Positions 22,429-23,675 of a DNA stretch of 23,675 bases are shown piece after piece (position 1 is the first letter of the stretch; every line of letters begins with the position of its first letter). The stretch is taken from positions 1 to 23,675 of the forward strand of contig CAYQPU010000027.1 in assembly GCA_964419615.1 (NCBI GenBank). Direction: 5' to 3'. The notes beneath the pieces were generated by a model that was not told the origin of the DNA, ran no database searches, and saw only the letters and a list, made by a program, of their open reading frames with translations. Source of the stretch: an uncultured Methanosarcinales archaeon. GTDB taxonomy: Archaea > Nanobdellota > Nanobdellia > Woesearchaeales > JAGVZT01. Made by a program: the position numbers and the translations under genes.

Positions 22429-23675
22429 ATGTGTGGGATAATTGCATATAAAGGAAATAGGAAAGCAAGTCCAATTTTGCATAAATCACTGTTGAACCTT
22501 GAGTATAGAGGATATGATTCAGCTGGTATGGCAACGATTAATGGTGGAACAATTTATGCAAAAAAGGATGTTGGAAGAGTGGCTGAAGTTGATAAAAAAC
22601 ATGATTTTAACTCAATGACTGGTAATATTGGTATAGCTCACACCCGCTGGGCAACCACAGGAAGTGTTAGGACAGAAAATTCACATCCACATGTAAGTTC
22701 AGATGGGAGGCTAGCTATTGTTCACAATGGTATTATTGAAAATTATAATGTAATTAAAACTCAACTTGTTGATTTGGGTTATAAATTTAAATCAGGTACT
22801 GACACTGAGGTTGCCACACACTTAATATCACATTACTTATCTGATAATAATATTGAGGAGGCTGTCAGGAAAGCTTTTTTGAAGTTTAAAGGAAGAAATG
22901 CCTTAGTTGTAATGGATAAAGAAACAAACAAAATTATTGGAATAAGAGATGGGTCTCCATTAGTTTATGGACATGGAAACCAAGAGTCATTTATTGCTTC
23001 AGATATCCCTGCATTTTTGGAACATACTAACAAAGTTGTTTTTTTAAATGATAAAGAGATGATCTCAATAGGTGACAGTATTGGATTATATGACGTGAAT
23101 ACTGGAGAAAGACTTAAGATAATTGAATCAGAGATAGATTGGAATATAGAAATGGCAAAAAAAGGAGAGCATCCACATTTTATGTTAAAGGAGATTCTTG
23201 AGCAAGGAACTACACTTGCTCGTGCTACTAATCAAAATAAAGAACAAATCTATCAAATTGTTAAGGAATTAAAGGATGCTAAACATATTATTTTGGTGGG
23301 CTGTGGTACCACTGGTAAAGTAGCTCACATCGGACAATATTTGTTTTCAACAATTGCAGAAAAACATGTTCAAACTACTTTTGGTTCTGAATTTGAACAA
23401 GTAAAACCGATTATTGGAGCAGATACTGTTTTATTAGTAATTTCACAAAGTGGAGAAACAGCAGATACTTTAGAGGTAATAAAGTATGCAAAATCAGAAG
23501 GTGCAAAGATTATTTCAATTATTAATGTTGAGGGTTCCACAATAATGAGATTATCTGATTACTCTTTATTGATTAATGCTGGAGTGGAAAAAGCAGTAGC
23601 TTCAACTAAAGCTACAAATAGTCAAATTGGTTTATTGATTATTCTTGCCAATGCATTAAAAGGGGATTACTCAAA
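22429..23675 (+). CDS. glmS: Glutamine-fructose-6-phosphate aminotransferase (isomerizing), 3'-truncated by window edge
   Basis: Not in the ORF track. Manual translation: MCGIIAY...LEYRGYDSAG...AHTRWAT...HNGIIENY...DTEV...ISQSGETADT...VASTKA. N-terminal catalytic Cys present; TATA-like TTATATAT at 22399-22406. Confidence 0.93.
   Translation, partial: MCGIIAYKGNRKASPILHKSLLNLEYRGYDSAGMATINGGTIYAKKDVGRVAEVDKKHDFNSMTGNIGIAHTRWATTGSVRTENSHPHVSSDGRLAIVHNGIIENYNVIKTQLVDLGYKFKSGTDTEVATHLISHYLSDNNIEEAVRKAFLKFKGRNALVVMDKETNKIIGIRDGSPLVYGHGNQESFIASDIPAFLEHTNKVVFLNDKEMISIGDSIGLYDVNTGERLKIIESEIDWNIEMAKKGEHPHFMLKEILEQGTTLARATNQNKEQIYQIVKELKDAKHIILVGCGTTGKVAHIGQYLFSTIAEKHVQTTFGSEFEQVKPIIGADTVLLVISQSGETADTLEVIKYAKSEGAKIISIINVEGSTIMRLSDYSLLINAGVEKAVASTKATNSQIGLLIILANALKGDYS

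Noticed and set aside
1-23675. tRNA, rRNA, CRISPR array, IS/transposase, integrase or prophage
   Set aside because: All intergenic gaps are about 110 bp or shorter and mostly AT-rich. I saw no cloverleaf, spaced repeat array, terminal inverted repeats or mobile-element ORF.

Overview
AT-rich, very densely packed archaeal chromosomal segment. The archaea-specific gatDE pair, TATA-type promoters and AGGTGA Shine-Dalgarno sites show it is archaeal; gene style suggests a DPANN lineage such as Woesearchaeota (inference). About 24 CDSs are supported, and I found no tRNA, rRNA, CRISPR array or mobile element. Housekeeping genes: PUA-domain protein (partial), DUF371, gatD, gatE, CYTH protein, geranylgeranyl-reductase-family flavoprotein, CaCA antiporter and glmS (partial). 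Two accessory elements stand out. (1) A 5.7 kb copper locus (5957-11685): a membrane-tethered winged-helix regulator with an external C-x6-C-x-H loop, a candidate palindromic operator, four tightly coupled exported Cys-rich proteins (MerT-like/HMA fusion, FtrD/DUF2318-like Fe-S lipoprotein, thioredoxin-fold lipoprotein, 10-Cys protein), a Cu(I) P1B-ATPase and a DUF318 permease. (2) A ~1200 aa receptor-like protein: membrane region, TPR-like helices, APH/kinase-like domain with intact catalytic motifs, single TM, TolB-like beta-propeller. GatE also lacks the AspRS-like insertion domain. All family assignments are by-eye motif recognition; no searches were run.
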